32,000 bases of DNA from Mycobacterium tuberculosis H37Rv. GTDB taxonomy: Bacteria; Actinomycetota; Actinomycetes; Mycobacteriales; Mycobacteriaceae. The position numbers and the translations under genes were made by a program. Below the pieces are notes generated by a model. That model worked only from the letters and a program-made list of their open reading frames with translations, searched no databases and was not told the origin of the DNA. The DNA is taken from NCBI RefSeq assembly GCF_000195955.2, contig NC_000962.3, forward strand, positions 1,230,001 through 1,262,000. The letters are read 5' to 3'. Positions within the stretch are counted from its first letter, which is position 1. Every line of letters begins with the position of its first letter. Shown here one piece after another: positions 18,078 to 29,055 of this stretch.

Positions 18078-19326
18078 AGTCGTGGCCGGGCACCGGATGG
18101 CGGCCGTCGACGCGCAGTTCTACTGGATGTCGGCCAAAGTCCCCAACGACCAGTTCCTGCTGTATGCGTTCGATGGTGAACCCACCGATCTGGAACGTGC
18201 CGTCGCGCAGGTCTACCGTCGAGCCCGTGGGTGTCCGGGCTTAGGGATGCGAGTTCAGGACCGTGGTGCTCTGGCCTACCCGCAGTGGGTGCCCACACCC
18301 GTGCAACGTGACCAACTGGTCTGCCACGACCTGGCCGATCGCAGCTGGCAAGGTTGTCTGGCGGCCGTTGTCGGCCTCGCCAGCAAGCAGCTGGATATGC
18401 GCCGGATGCCCTGGCGGCTGCACGTGTTCACCCCGGTGCACGACGTTCCGGGCGTCAGCGGCCTCGGCACCGTCGCCGTCATGCAGTTCGCGCATGCGCT
18501 GGGCGACGGCGCGCGGGCTTCGGCGATGGCCGCGTGGCTGTTCGGCCGGCCGGCCGCGGTTCCCGAAATAGCCAGGTCGCGTGCGGGTTTCCTGCCGTGG
18601 CGGGCCGCCCATGCGGCCCGCGCTCATCTCCGACTGGTTCGTGATACCAATGCCGGGCTGGTAGCGCCAGGTGTCGGATCCCGGCCGCCGCTGTCCACGA
18701 ATGCCCGCCCCGAAGGTGTCCGCGCGGTGCGCACCCTGCTGCGGCGGCGCTCGCAACTAGCCGGTCCCACGGTGACCGTCACGGTGCTCGCCGCGGTGTC
18801 CACCGGGCTGTTGGGTCTGCTTGGCGGGGATGTGGACACGCTAGGCGCCGAAGTACCCATGGCCAAACCGGGTGTGCCACGGTCATATAACCACTTCGGC
18901 AACGTTGTCGTTGGGCTGTACCCGCGGCTGGAGCCGGATGAGCGGGTGCGGCGGATCGCAACCGATTTGGCCAACGCTCGCCGTCGCTTTGAACATCCGG
19001 CGATGCTCTCCGCTGACCGGGCCTTTGCGGCGGTACCGGCGGCGCTGCTGCGTTGGGGCGTATCGCAGTTCGACGCTGAGGTGCGGCCGGTGCGGGTGGC
19101 CGGCAATACCGTGGTGTCCAGTGTTTATCGCGGGGCTGCCGATCTGAGCTTCGGGGACGCTCCGGTGGTGCTGACGGCCGGGTATCCGGCGCTGTCGCCG
19201 GCGATGGGTCTAACCCATGGCGTGCACGGCATCGGTGATACCGTCGCGATCAGTGTGCACGCGGCCGAGTCTGCGGTGTCTGACATCGACGCCTACATGC
19301 GGCTGCTGGACGCGGCTCTGCAGTGA
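18061..19326 (+). CDS. Conserved hypothetical, WS/DGAT- or condensation-fold-like acyltransferase (tentative)
   Basis: About 409-421 aa. MAAVDAQFYWMSAKVPNDQFLLYAFDG and WRLHVFTPVHDVPGV...VAVMQFAHALGDG recall wax-ester-synthase/condensation folds, but no perfect HHxxxDG was seen. Confidence 0.6.
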   Translation: MAHPAEVVAGHRMAAVDAQFYWMSAKVPNDQFLLYAFDGEPTDLERAVAQVYRRARGCPGLGMRVQDRGALAYPQWVPTPVQRDQLVCHDLADRSWQGCLAAVVGLASKQLDMRRMPWRLHVFTPVHDVPGVSGLGTVAVMQFAHALGDGARASAMAAWLFGRPAAVPEIARSRAGFLPWRAAHAARAHLRLVRDTNAGLVAPGVGSRPPLSTNARPEGVRAVRTLLRRRSQLAGPTVTVTVLAAVSTGLLGLLGGDVDTLGAEVPMAKPGVPRSYNHFGNVVVGLYPRLEPDERVRRIATDLANARRRFEHPAMLSADRAFAAVPAALLRWGVSQFDAEVRPVRVAGNTVVSSVYRGAADLSFGDAPVVLTAGYPALSPAMGLTHGVHGIGDTVAISVHAAESAVSDIDAYMRLLDAALQ

Positions 19327-19329
19327 AAA

Positions 19330-19935
19330 CTACTGGGCATCACCGGATTTAGCCGCTTCGTCTCGTGTCAGCCCGACGGCCTGGATCAGCTCCTCGTGTA
19401 GTTCGAACCACACGGTGTGGTAGGAGTCGATGAGTGGGCGCGTCAGCCAGGCGATGTCGCCCGCTTTGACCTTGTCCAGCGCCGCACGCAATTTCACCGG
19501 GTACCTGCTCAACCGCGGCAGCTGCATGGCCACCGTACCGATGATCGGGCCCACCCGCCGGTGTACGCCATCGAGGCGGGACAGCACCGCGGCGTCGTAT
19601 TCGGCGTCGTCGTGTGTGTTAGGCTTTTCGCCCTTGAGCTGCCAGTCGGTGACCAGCCTCTTGAAATCGGCGTTGACGGAACGGAAATCGCGGTAAGCGG
19701 CAGCCAGCACGGTCGAATCGGCCCGGTTGCGCTCCTCGGCAAGCAAGTCGTCGAGCCTCATCCGGCCGCTGGGACTGATCCGCAACGGCGTGGCGTCGAC
19801 CAGGAGGCCGGCCGCGGTCAGCCTGTCGACGGTCGCGGCGACGTCGGCAAGGTCTTCACCCAAGGTCTGCGCCAGGTCGGTGGTGATCACCCGGCCCTTG
19901 AGCCGCACGGCCTGCAGTACCGTCAACTCGCTCAT
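19330..19935 (-). CDS. Conserved hypothetical helical protein with possible N-terminal winged-helix segment
   Basis: 201 aa, MSELTVLQAVRLKGRVITTDLAQTLGEDLADVAATVDRLTAAGLLVDATPLRISPSGRMRLDDLLAEE.... ATGA overlap with the upstream PPDK-like gene. Confidence 0.85.
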   Translation of the reverse strand: MSELTVLQAVRLKGRVITTDLAQTLGEDLADVAATVDRLTAAGLLVDATPLRISPSGRMRLDDLLAEERNRADSTVLAAAYRDFRSVNADFKRLVTDWQLKGEKPNTHDDAEYDAAVLSRLDGVHRRVGPIIGTVAMQLPRLSRYPVKLRAALDKVKAGDIAWLTRPLIDSYHTVWFELHEELIQAVGLTRDEAAKSGDAQ

Positions 19936-21410
19936 GAACTGATCCGTTGCGCGATGTCGGCCAGCTCGCGCAACTCCGGCGTGTCACTTTCCGACCAGGC
20001 AGACAATGCCAGAACGCCTTGGCGCACTTCGCCTTCATAGCCGTCGACGGTGATCTCCTTGCCGGCCAGTGCCGCCGCGACCCCGGGACCGCAACCCACC
20101 ACGGCCACTCGACCGAGCTCGCGGCTAACCACCGCCGCATGACTGGCGGCACCCCCCACCTCGGTGACAATGCCTTGCGCGGCAAGCATGCCCATGACGT
20201 CCTCCGGTCTGGTGTGATCTCGCACCAAGATGACCGGCTCGCCCCGGTCCGCAGCGTCCAGCGCCTCGTCCACCTCGGTGTAGGCGGTCCCGGATACCAC
20301 GCCCGGGCAAGCGGGCAGGCCCTTGGCCAAAAGCGGTGCAGCCAACCGTGTTTCCGTCTGCAGCGACGGCCGTAGCAAAGTCTCGATGTGCGTCGGAGTC
20401 ACCCGGCGCAGTGTCTCGGTGTCGTCGATGAGTCCCTCGTGATGCAGTTGCAGCGCCAGTCGCACGGCGGCCTGCGCCGAGCGTTCCGCCCCGCGGGTCT
20501 GCAGCAGCCACAGCTGGCTGTCCTCCACGGTGAATTCGATCTCCTGGACGTCGCCTGCCATGCGCTCCAAACTGCGGGCGGCCGCCATCAGTTGGTCGTA
20601 GACGGCCGGCTGCTGGTCGCGCAGGGCGGTGATCGGTGCGACGGCGACCAATCCGGACACCACGTCGTCGCCTTGGCCGCCGGGTAGCCATTCGCCGAAC
20701 GGTTCGTTGGCTCCGGTGATCGGGTTGCGTGAGGACAGCACCCCGGCGCCCGAGTTCGCGGTGAGGTTGCCGAATACCATCGCCTGCACCACCACCGCCG
20801 TACCGCCTTGGTCGTCGAGGCCGTGATGGTCGCGATAGGCAACGGCGCGAGGTGAGTTCCAGGAGGCGAATACCGCCTCGATGCTCGCGCGCAACTGGGC
20901 ATACGGGTCGTCGGTAATGGGACCGGCGCTGCCGACGATGCGCCGATACATGCTGGTGAATCGCCGTCTGGTGTCGTGGGCGAAGTCGGCGGCACCCGGC
21001 CTGGCAAGTACTCGTTCGACCGCGTCGGTCATGCCCACGTCCAGAATCGTGTCCATCATGCCGGGCATCGACTGGGTGGCTCCCGAGCGCACGCTGACCA
21101 GCAGCGGATTCGGGCCACGGCCGAACGTGCACGAGGTTTCTGTTTCCAGCCAGCTCATCCGATCCAGCACGTCATCCCAGATCGCGGCGATCGTGGATCC
21201 GGGCGCGGCGAGATAGCGCACGCCCACCTCGGTGGTAATGCAGAATGCAGGCGGCACCGGCAGATGGTGCCGGCGCATCATGTCGATGCCGTGGCCTTTG
21301 TTGCCCAGGATCTCGCGTGGGTAGTTCGCGCCGCCGTCCAGCGCCACAACGGCGTTTTCGAGAGTTCCGTCGGGGCAACCATTGGCTCGGGTGATACGAG
21401 TCATGGGCAC
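19932..21410 (-). CDS. ppdK: Pyruvate phosphate dikinase-like protein, short form (ATP-grasp/nucleotide-binding and phosphohistidine domains only)
   Basis: 492 aa, NYPREILGNKGHGIDMMRRHHLPVPPAFCITTEVG..., PNPLLVSVRSGA, DVQEIEFTVEDSQLWLLQTR, GIVTEVGGAASHAAVVSRELGRVAVVGCG. No C-terminal PEP-binding barrel. Confidence 0.9.
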   Translation of the reverse strand: MPMTRITRANGCPDGTLENAVVALDGGANYPREILGNKGHGIDMMRRHHLPVPPAFCITTEVGVRYLAAPGSTIAAIWDDVLDRMSWLETETSCTFGRGPNPLLVSVRSGATQSMPGMMDTILDVGMTDAVERVLARPGAADFAHDTRRRFTSMYRRIVGSAGPITDDPYAQLRASIEAVFASWNSPRAVAYRDHHGLDDQGGTAVVVQAMVFGNLTANSGAGVLSSRNPITGANEPFGEWLPGGQGDDVVSGLVAVAPITALRDQQPAVYDQLMAAARSLERMAGDVQEIEFTVEDSQLWLLQTRGAERSAQAAVRLALQLHHEGLIDDTETLRRVTPTHIETLLRPSLQTETRLAAPLLAKGLPACPGVVSGTAYTEVDEALDAADRGEPVILVRDHTRPEDVMGMLAAQGIVTEVGGAASHAAVVSRELGRVAVVGCGPGVAAALAGKEITVDGYEGEVRQGVLALSAWSESDTPELRELADIAQRISS

Positions 21411-21616
21411 CCCTTGATGCTACTTATGGGCAACGCCAGACCGCCCACTGTGGGCCCACAGGGGGCGCCTTGGTCAGCGGTCGGACTACTCAGCTTGTGT
21501 CTGGTGTTGGGCCTTACCCATGCTGCGAGACAACGCCGGCTGCCGGTGATGGTGGCTGGCGGCGTGGACAGCGCACCGGCCCAACGGCTTGGTTCGACCG
21601 GCTCCCCCGCCTAACG

Positions 21617-22972
21617 CTACGGGTCGCCTTCGTCGTCTGCCAGGAGCTTTTCCGGGTGATGGAACGTATTGACTCGAGGTTGGCCGTGGTCGAGATGTGG
21701 CGGCGGTAGCCACTCGGTGTCGCCGTGGGCGTTCTTGCGGGTCGTCCAGCCACGTTCGGCTAACGGATGATGGCCACCGCAGCCGAGTGTCAGGTCATTG
21801 ACGTCGGTGTTGCGGCACTGGGCGTACGGCGTGACATGATGGACTTCACAGTAATAGCCGGGCACGTCGCAACCAGGTGCGCTGCAGCCACTGTCCTTGG
21901 CGTACAACATAATTCGCTGCGCCGGGGAGGCCAGGCGCTTGGTGTGGTAGAGCGCCAGGGCCTTGCCTCGATCGAATATCGCGAGGTAGTGGTTTGCGTG
22001 GCGGGCCAGCCGGATCACATCCGATATGGGCAAGATCGTACCCCCGCCGGTGAGGCCCGCGCCGGCCGCGGCCTCCAAGTCCTTCAGCGTGGTGGTCACG
22101 ATGATGCTGGCCGGTAATCCGTTGTGCTGGCCCAGATTGCCACTTGTCAACAAACTACGTAATTCGGCGTTGAGCGCGTCGTGGTTCCGCTGTGGGCAGC
22201 TGCGGGTGTCTCGCCGCGCCTGCTCCTTCGAGGGCGCGCCGTTCACACACGGTGCCTTCTGCTCGGGGTTGCACATACCCGGGGCGGCCAGCTTGGCCCA
22301 CACCGCCTCGATAGTGGCGCGCAGCTCGGGGGTCACATATCCGCTGAGCCGCGACATCCCATCGACATCTTGCTTTCCTAACGTCAAGCCGCGGCGGCGG
22401 GCGCGGTCCTCGTCGGTGTAGTCGCCATCGGGGTTGAGGCAGTCCATGATCCGCGCGGCCAATTTGGCCAGCTGGTCGGGACGGTACTGGGTGGCCTGCT
22501 TAGCCAAGTCCCGTTCGGCCTTCTCCAGGGTCTTGAGGTCTACCCAGGATGGTAGGCGGTGCACGAAAGCACGGATTACTTCAACATGGCCGTCACCAAT
22601 TAACCCGTGGCGCTGTGCCTTTGCGGTGGCGGTGAGTAGCGGTGGCAGCGGCTCGCCGGTCAGCGCACGGCGCTGGCCAAGGTCGGCGGCCTCGGCCACT
22701 CGCCGCTTGGCCTCGCTGCGGGTGATGCGCAACCGGTCGGCCAGCGTCAATCCCAGCTTGCCGCCCAGCTCCTCCTCGGTGGATTGTTCGCCGATCTGAT
22801 TGATCAACGTGTGTTCGACGCTGGGCAGCTGGCGTCGCGCGGTCTCGCAGTGCTCCAGCAGCGCCAGGCGCTCCGGGGTGGTCAATGCGTCAAAGGTCAG
22901 CCCCAGCACGCGGGACAGCGCGGTAGCCAATGACGCGAAGGCCTCCGTGATCTCCTCCCGAGTGGAACACAT
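21617..22972 (-). mobile_element. REP13E12-family repeat ORF (DUF222 + HNH endonuclease domain)
   Basis: 451 aa. DUF222-like N-terminus ([31 protein letters not shown]...) and C-terminal HNH ([52 protein letters not shown]). Repeat family recognised from memory. Confidence 0.85.
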
Positions 22973-23073
22973 GACTGAATGCTATGTGCAGGCACCGACA
23001 ACAATGCTTGCCCAGAGCCTGCTGAAACCACAGTAATATAAGGGGTTTCGTTGTCTGCTGTGGCGTCGGGCGG

Positions 23074-24534
23074 TCAAACCGATTGCTCGGTCGACGAATA
23101 AGGCAAGCTGCTGCCCGCGTTCTCGTCGACCGCGACGCGACCACCGAGATAGGGGAACGCACGTTGGGCGCACGACGTTCGGTTGCAGATCTTGCAGCCC
23201 GCCCCGATCGGGACCTCCGTGCTCGGGTCGTCCAGGACGACACCGGTGGAGTAGACGAGTTTATGGGCGTGCGCGAGGTCGCAGCCCAGCCCGACCGCGA
23301 AGTTCTTGTGCGGGCCCAGATACCCGAGCCCGTCGGCAGCGGTGGTCTTGGCCACCCAGAAGTACGACCTGCCGTCGGGCATTTGCGCCACCTGGCGGAC
23401 GATCCTCTCTGGCTGGGCGAACGCGTCGTGGACCACCCACAGCGGGCAGCTGCCGCCGACCCGGCTGAAGTGAAACGCCGTCGCGGACTGTCGCTTTGAG
23501 ATGTTTCCGGCCTTGTCGGTGCGGACGAAGATGAACGGTATCCCTCGCTGCCGCGGGCGCTGCAGTGTGGAGAGCCGGTGGCAGACGGTTTCGAAGCCCA
23601 CTCCGAACCGGCGGCCCAGCAGGTCGATGTCATAGCGTAACTGCTCTGCGGCACGGTGGAATTCGCGGTAGGGGAGCAGGAAGGCGCCGGCGAAGTAGTT
23701 GGCCAGTCCGATGCGCGCGACGCCGCGGGCTTCGGTGCTGAGCTGGTCATCGGTGGCCACGATCGACGAGATCAGGTCTGACTGGCCCACCAGCGCCAGT
23801 TGGGTGGCGATCTGGAAGGCGCGCTGTCCGGGCATCAGCCAGTGGGCGACCCGAAGGACCTTGGTGTCGGGGTGGTAGCGGCGCTTGGCGGTGTCGGGCA
23901 GATTGTCATCGATCACCACCGAGATGCCGAACCGGTCCCGCATCAGCTCGGCCAGCTGGATGTCCAATCCGCCGGTCCGCATCCCGCTTTCGGTAAACAT
24001 CCGCTCCGCCGCCATGTCCAGGTCGTGGATGTAGTTGTTGCGGTCGTAGAAGAAGTCGCGGACCTCCTCGAACGGCATCGGCCGCGCGGGCGGTAGCTCG
24101 GTTTCGGCGGTCGCACGAGATCGGTAGCCCTCTAGTTCCTCGGTGGCGGCGCGCAACCGGCGGTGCACGGCAACCAGGCTGTGGCCGACCTCGGGCATCC
24201 GGGCGACGAATTCTTCGATCTGGGCGCCGCTGACCGCGTGCTCGACGCCGATGTCGGTGAAGACGTCGGACAGGTCGGCCACCAACCGTGCGTCGGAATC
24301 CGAGGAGAAATACTGCGCCGACAGGTCAAACCGCTCGGTAAGCAGAAGCAGCACGGGCACGGTGATGGGCCGCTGGTCATTCTCCAACTGGTTGACATAG
24401 CTTGTGGATAAGTCCAGGGCCTTGGCCAGCGCCACCTGGGTGAGCCCGCGCTCTTGACGTAACCGCCGCAGGCGGGCACCGGAAAACGTCCTCGAATACG
24501 TCCTAGCCACCGGTAAGACATTACTCCGCGTCAT
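23074..24534 (-). CDS. prpR: Transcriptional regulator PrpR (XRE HTH, short-chain fatty acid/Fe-S domain)
   Basis: 486 aa from [65 protein letters not shown]. The C-terminus carries the cysteine set CDLAHAHK...CKICNRTSC. Divergent from prpD. Confidence 0.93.
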   Translation of the reverse strand: MTRSNVLPVARTYSRTFSGARLRRLRQERGLTQVALAKALDLSTSYVNQLENDQRPITVPVLLLLTERFDLSAQYFSSDSDARLVADLSDVFTDIGVEHAVSGAQIEEFVARMPEVGHSLVAVHRRLRAATEELEGYRSRATAETELPPARPMPFEEVRDFFYDRNNYIHDLDMAAERMFTESGMRTGGLDIQLAELMRDRFGISVVIDDNLPDTAKRRYHPDTKVLRVAHWLMPGQRAFQIATQLALVGQSDLISSIVATDDQLSTEARGVARIGLANYFAGAFLLPYREFHRAAEQLRYDIDLLGRRFGVGFETVCHRLSTLQRPRQRGIPFIFVRTDKAGNISKRQSATAFHFSRVGGSCPLWVVHDAFAQPERIVRQVAQMPDGRSYFWVAKTTAADGLGYLGPHKNFAVGLGCDLAHAHKLVYSTGVVLDDPSTEVPIGAGCKICNRTSCAQRAFPYLGGRVAVDENAGSSLPYSSTEQSV

Positions 24535-24535
24535 G

Positions 24536-24552
24536 TTCGCAAAATTTGCAAA
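24536..24552. promoter_or_regulatory. Tandem TTTGCAAA-type operator (PrpR/RamB family site)
   Basis: TTCGCAAA (24536-24543) and perfect palindrome TTTGCAAA (24545-24552) lie just upstream of the prpR start and immediately before the annotated prpD start. Confidence 0.7.
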
Positions 24553-24554
24553 AT

Positions 24555-26135
24555 GTGCCGGATCAGGACACAAAAGTACGCTTTTTCAGGGTCTTTTGTT
24601 GGTGTCCTGTGCTGCGTATGGTGCGGATTATGTTGATGCATGCGGTCCGGGCGTGGCGCAGCGCCGACGATTTCCCGTGCACCGAGCACATGGCCTACAA
24701 GATCGCCCAGGTGGCTGCCGATCCGGTTGACGTCGACCCGGAGGTAGCGGACATGGTGTGCAACCGCATCATCGACAACGCTGCGGTGAGCGCCGCATCA
24801 ATGGTGCGCAGACCGGTCACCGTGGCCCGCCACCAGGCACTGGCGCATCCGGTGCGACACGGGGCGAAGGTATTTGGCGTCGAGGGCAGCTACTCGGCGG
24901 ACTGGGCGGCCTGGGCCAACGGCGTCGCCGCGCGTGAACTTGACTTTCACGACACGTTTCTGGCCGCCGACTATTCGCACCCGGCGGACAACATACCCCC
25001 ACTGGTGGCGGTCGCCCAGCAGCTCGGCGTGTGCGGCGCGGAGCTGATCCGCGGTCTGGTAACCGCCTATGAGATCCACATCGACCTAACCCGCGGAATC
25101 TGCTTGCACGAGCACAAGATCGACCATGTCGCCCACCTGGGCCCGGCGGTGGCCGCCGGCATCGGGACCATGCTGCGGCTCGACCAAGAGACCATCTACC
25201 ACGCGATCGGCCAGGCCCTGCATCTGACCACCAGCACCCGTCAATCCCGCAAGGGCGCCATCTCCAGCTGGAAGGCGTTCGCGCCGGCGCATGCCGGCAA
25301 GGTCGGCATCGAGGCGGTCGATCGGGCGATGCGCGGCGAGGGCTCACCGGCTCCGATCTGGGAGGGCGAGGACGGGGTGATCGCCTGGCTGCTGGCCGGA
25401 CCCGAGCACACCTACCGGGTGCCGTTGCCCGCACCTGGTGAACCCAAGCGCGCCATTCTGGACAGCTACACCAAGCAACACTCCGCGGAGTACCAGAGCC
25501 AGGCGCCGATCGACCTGGCCTGCCGGCTACGTGAGCGTATCGGCGATCTCGACCAGATCGCGTCGATCGTGCTGCACACCAGCCACCACACCCATGTAGT
25601 GATCGGAACGGGATCCGGCGATCCGCAGAAGTTCGACCCGGACGCGTCACGCGAAACCCTCGACCACTCGCTGCCCTACATCTTCGCCGTGGCACTGCAG
25701 GACGGCTGCTGGCACCACGAGCGCTCCTACGCGCCCGAGCGGGCGCGCCGTTCCGACACGGTGGCACTGTGGCACAAGATTTCCACCGTCGAGGATCCCG
25801 AGTGGACCCGCCGCTATCACTGCGCCGATCCGGCCAAAAAGGCGTTCGGGGCGCGCGCGGAGGTGACGCTGCACAGCGGTGAAGTGATCGTGGACGAACT
25901 GGCGGTGGCCGACGCCCATCCGCTGGGCACCCGGCCGTTCGAGCGCAAGCAGTACGTAGAGAAGTTCACCGAGCTCGCCGATGGTGTAGTGGAACCCGTT
26001 GAACAGCAACGGTTCCTGGCCGTAGTAGAGAGTCTCGCCGATCTCGAGAGCGGTGCCGTGGGTGGGCTGAACGTGTTGGTCGATCCGCGGGTGCTGGACA
26101 AAGCGCCGGTGATTCCACCAGGAATCTTTCGATGA
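24555..26135 (+). CDS. prpD: 2-methylcitrate dehydratase
   Basis: MmgE/PrpD family: ...[25 protein letters not shown]...[48 protein letters not shown]. The start is uncertain (GTG 24555, ATG 24630 or ATG 24636). Confidence 0.92.
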   Translation: MPDQDTKVRFFRVFCWCPVLRMVRIMLMHAVRAWRSADDFPCTEHMAYKIAQVAADPVDVDPEVADMVCNRIIDNAAVSAASMVRRPVTVARHQALAHPVRHGAKVFGVEGSYSADWAAWANGVAARELDFHDTFLAADYSHPADNIPPLVAVAQQLGVCGAELIRGLVTAYEIHIDLTRGICLHEHKIDHVAHLGPAVAAGIGTMLRLDQETIYHAIGQALHLTTSTRQSRKGAISSWKAFAPAHAGKVGIEAVDRAMRGEGSPAPIWEGEDGVIAWLLAGPEHTYRVPLPAPGEPKRAILDSYTKQHSAEYQSQAPIDLACRLRERIGDLDQIASIVLHTSHHTHVVIGTGSGDPQKFDPDASRETLDHSLPYIFAVALQDGCWHHERSYAPERARRSDTVALWHKISTVEDPEWTRRYHCADPAKKAFGARAEVTLHSGEVIVDELAVADAHPLGTRPFERKQYVEKFTELADGVVEPVEQQRFLAVVESLADLESGAVGGLNVLVDPRVLDKAPVIPPGIFR

Positions 26136-27313
26136 CCGGGCCGCTCGCGGCGGCCAGGTCCGTCGCTGCCACGAAATCGATGACCGCGCCCACCGTTGAT
26201 GAGCGGCCCGACATCAAAAAGGGCCTCGCCGGCGTGGTGGTGGACACCACCGCCATCTCCAAGGTGGTGCCGCAGACCAATTCGTTGACCTACCGGGGAT
26301 ATCCGGTCCAGGATCTGGCAGCCCGCTGCAGTTTCGAGCAGGTCGCCTTCCTGCTGTGGCGTGGTGAGTTGCCCACCGATGCCGAGCTGGCGTTGTTCAG
26401 CCAGCGCGAACGAGCCAGCCGTCGGGTGGACCGCTCGATGCTGTCATTGCTGGCCAAGCTGCCGGACAACTGCCACCCGATGGACGTGGTGCGCACCGCG
26501 ATCAGCTATCTCGGTGCCGAGGACCCGGACGAGGACGACGCCGCGGCCAACCGGGCCAAGGCGATGCGCATGATGGCGGTGTTGCCGACGATCGTGGCGA
26601 TCGACATGCGGCGCCGACGCGGGTTGCCCCCGATCGCACCGCACAGCGGGCTCGGTTATGCGCAGAACTTCCTGCACATGTGCTTCGGGGAGGTACCCGA
26701 AACCGCCGTCGTGTCGGCGTTCGAGCAGTCGATGATCCTCTACGCCGAGCACGGATTCAACGCGTCGACGTTCGCCGCCCGGGTGGTGACCTCGACCCAA
26801 TCCGACATCTACAGCGCGGTGACCGGCGCGATCGGCGCCCTCAAGGGGCGGCTACACGGCGGCGCCAACGAAGCCGTCATGCACGACATGATCGAGATCG
26901 GCGATCCGGCCAACGCGCGGGAGTGGTTGCGCGCCAAGCTCGCCCGCAAGGAAAAGATCATGGGCTTCGGGCATCGGGTGTACCGGCACGGCGACTCCCG
27001 GGTGCCGACCATGAAACGGGCGCTGGAGCGCGTGGGGACCGTTCGCGACGGCCAGCGATGGCTGGACATCTACCAGGTGTTAGCGGCCGAGATGGCGTCG
27101 GCCACCGGGATCTTGCCCAACCTCGATTTTCCGACCGGGCCCGCGTACTACCTGATGGGATTCGACATCGCCAGCTTCACCCCGATCTTCGTGATGAGTA
27201 GGATCACCGGCTGGACCGCACACATCATGGAACAGGCCACGGCCAACGCGCTGATCCGGCCGCTGAGCGCATATTGCGGGCACGAGCAGCGGGTGTTACC
27301 GGGCACCTTCTAG
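26132..27313 (+). CDS. prpC: 2-methylcitrate synthase / citrate synthase
   Basis: 393 aa; [72 protein letters not shown]. 4-nt overlap with prpD. Annotated as gltA1/prpC. Confidence 0.93.
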   Translation: MTGPLAAARSVAATKSMTAPTVDERPDIKKGLAGVVVDTTAISKVVPQTNSLTYRGYPVQDLAARCSFEQVAFLLWRGELPTDAELALFSQRERASRRVDRSMLSLLAKLPDNCHPMDVVRTAISYLGAEDPDEDDAAANRAKAMRMMAVLPTIVAIDMRRRRGLPPIAPHSGLGYAQNFLHMCFGEVPETAVVSAFEQSMILYAEHGFNASTFAARVVTSTQSDIYSAVTGAIGALKGRLHGGANEAVMHDMIEIGDPANAREWLRAKLARKEKIMGFGHRVYRHGDSRVPTMKRALERVGTVRDGQRWLDIYQVLAAEMASATGILPNLDFPTGPAYYLMGFDIASFTPIFVMSRITGWTAHIMEQATANALIRPLSAYCGHEQRVLPGTF

Positions 27314-27324
27314 TCTTATGGGCC

Positions 27325-29055
27325 ATGGGATTTCTCCAGCCCCGACTTCCCGACATCGACCTGGCCGAATGGAGCCAGGGCTCCCGCAGCCAGAAGATCC
27401 GGCCGATGGCCCAGCATTGGGCCGAGGTGGGTTTTGGCACTCCGGTGCTGCTGCACCTGTTTTACGTCGCCAAGATCCTGTTGTACGTCCTTGTCGGCTG
27501 GCTGATCGTGTTGACCACCAAGGGGATTGATGGATTCACCGATGCGGCAGCGTGGTACGCCGAGCCGATCGTGTTCGAGAAGGTCGTGCTCTACACCATG
27601 CTGTTCGAGGTGATAGGGCTGGGCTGCGGCTTTGGGCCGCTGAACAACCGATTCTTCCCGCCGATGGGCTCGATCCTGTACTGGATGAGGTTCGGCACCA
27701 TCCGGCTGCCGCCGTGGCCGGATCGAGTGCCGTGGACCCGCGGCACCAAGCGCAAGCCGGTGGACGTTGCCCTCTACGCACTGCTGGTGATGATGTTGCT
27801 GTCGGCGCTGTTCACCGATGGCGCCGGCCCCATACCGGAGCTGGGCACCACGGTCGGGCTGCTGCCCGCCTGGCAGATCGTGCTGATCCTGCTGCTTCTC
27901 GGTGTGCTGGGCCTGCGCGACAAGGTGATCTTCCTGGCCGCCCGCGGCGAGGTCTACGCGACGCTGACGGTGACGTTTTTGTTCGGCCGCTTGAACGGTA
28001 TAGACATGATCGTGGCCGCCAAACTGGTGTTCCTGGTGATCTGGATCGGTGCGGCGACATCGAAACTCAACCGGCACTTCCCTTTTGTGATCTCCACGAT
28101 GATGTCCAACAACCCGCTGTTTCGGCCGCGGTTCATCAAGCGGATGTTTTTCAAGAAGTTCCCCGGCGACCTGCGGCCCGGGCTGTTGTCGCGGATTGTC
28201 GCCCACGTCAGCACTGTTATCGAGATGTGTGTGCCCGTGGTGTTGTTCGTTGCGCACGGCGGCTGGCCGACGGTGGTGGCCGCGACGATCATGGTCTGCT
28301 TTCACCTGGGGATTCTGACGGCCATCCCGATGGGGGTGCCGCTGGAGTGGAACGTGTTCATGATCTTCGGCGTCCTGTCGCTGTTCGTCGGCCACGCCTG
28401 CCTCGGGTTAGCGGACGTGAAAAACCCGGTGCCGCTGGCGATCCTGATCGCCGTTGTCGCGGGAATCGTCATTGCGGGCAACGTGTTTCCCCGCAAGATC
28501 TCGTTTCTAGCCGCCATGCGCTATTACGCCGGCAACTGGGATACCACGCTGTGGTGCATCAAGCCCTCCGCGGAGGACAAGATCAACCGGGGCATCGTCG
28601 CGATCGCCAGCATGCCGGCCGCTCAGCTGGAGCGCTTCTACGGCAAGGACCGAGCCCAGATCCCGATGTATCTGGGATACGCGTTTCGTGCGATGAACTC
28701 CCATGGCAGGGCGCTATTTACGCTGGCGCATCGGGCGATGGCCGGCCATGACGAAGACGACTACGTCATCACCGACGGCGAACGGGTCTGCAGCACTGCC
28801 GTCGGCTGGAACTTCGGCGACGGCCACCTGCACAACGAGCAACTGATCGCGGCGATGCAACAGCGGTGCGGCTTCCAACCCGGTGAGGTGCGGGTGGTGC
28901 TGCTCGACGCGCAGCCCATCCATCGGCAAACCCAGGAGTACCGGTTGGTAGACGCGGCGACCGGGGAGTTCGAGCGCGGCTATGTCCGGGTGGCCGACAT
29001 GGTGAACCGGCAGCCCTGGGACGACGACGTGCCGGTCCACGTGCTGCCGGGCTAG
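27325..29055 (+). CDS. DUF3556-type multi-pass membrane protein
   Basis: 576 aa from MGFLQPRLPDIDLAEWSQGSRSQKIRPMAQHWAEVGFGTPVLLHLFYVAKILLYVLVG; many TM segments. Family name from memory. Confidence 0.8.
   Translation: MGFLQPRLPDIDLAEWSQGSRSQKIRPMAQHWAEVGFGTPVLLHLFYVAKILLYVLVGWLIVLTTKGIDGFTDAAAWYAEPIVFEKVVLYTMLFEVIGLGCGFGPLNNRFFPPMGSILYWMRFGTIRLPPWPDRVPWTRGTKRKPVDVALYALLVMMLLSALFTDGAGPIPELGTTVGLLPAWQIVLILLLLGVLGLRDKVIFLAARGEVYATLTVTFLFGRLNGIDMIVAAKLVFLVIWIGAATSKLNRHFPFVISTMMSNNPLFRPRFIKRMFFKKFPGDLRPGLLSRIVAHVSTVIEMCVPVVLFVAHGGWPTVVAATIMVCFHLGILTAIPMGVPLEWNVFMIFGVLSLFVGHACLGLADVKNPVPLAILIAVVAGIVIAGNVFPRKISFLAAMRYYAGNWDTTLWCIKPSAEDKINRGIVAIASMPAAQLERFYGKDRAQIPMYLGYAFRAMNSHGRALFTLAHRAMAGHDEDDYVITDGERVCSTAVGWNFGDGHLHNEQLIAAMQQRCGFQPGEVRVVLLDAQPIHRQTQEYRLVDAATGEFERGYVRVADMVNRQPWDDDVPVHVLPG

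Noticed and set aside
20125-21132. 335-aa minus ORF in an alternative frame of ppdK
   Set aside because: Arg/Pro/Gly-rich out-of-frame product of GC-rich coding DNA; ppdK explains the region.
22890-23750. 286-aa minus ORF in an alternative frame of prpR
   Set aside because: Composition S/R/T/P-rich without motifs. PrpR is intact in its own frame.
27316-28395. 359-aa minus ORF opposite the DUF3556 membrane gene
   Set aside because: His/Gln/Asp/Arg-rich shadow of hydrophobic plus-strand codons.
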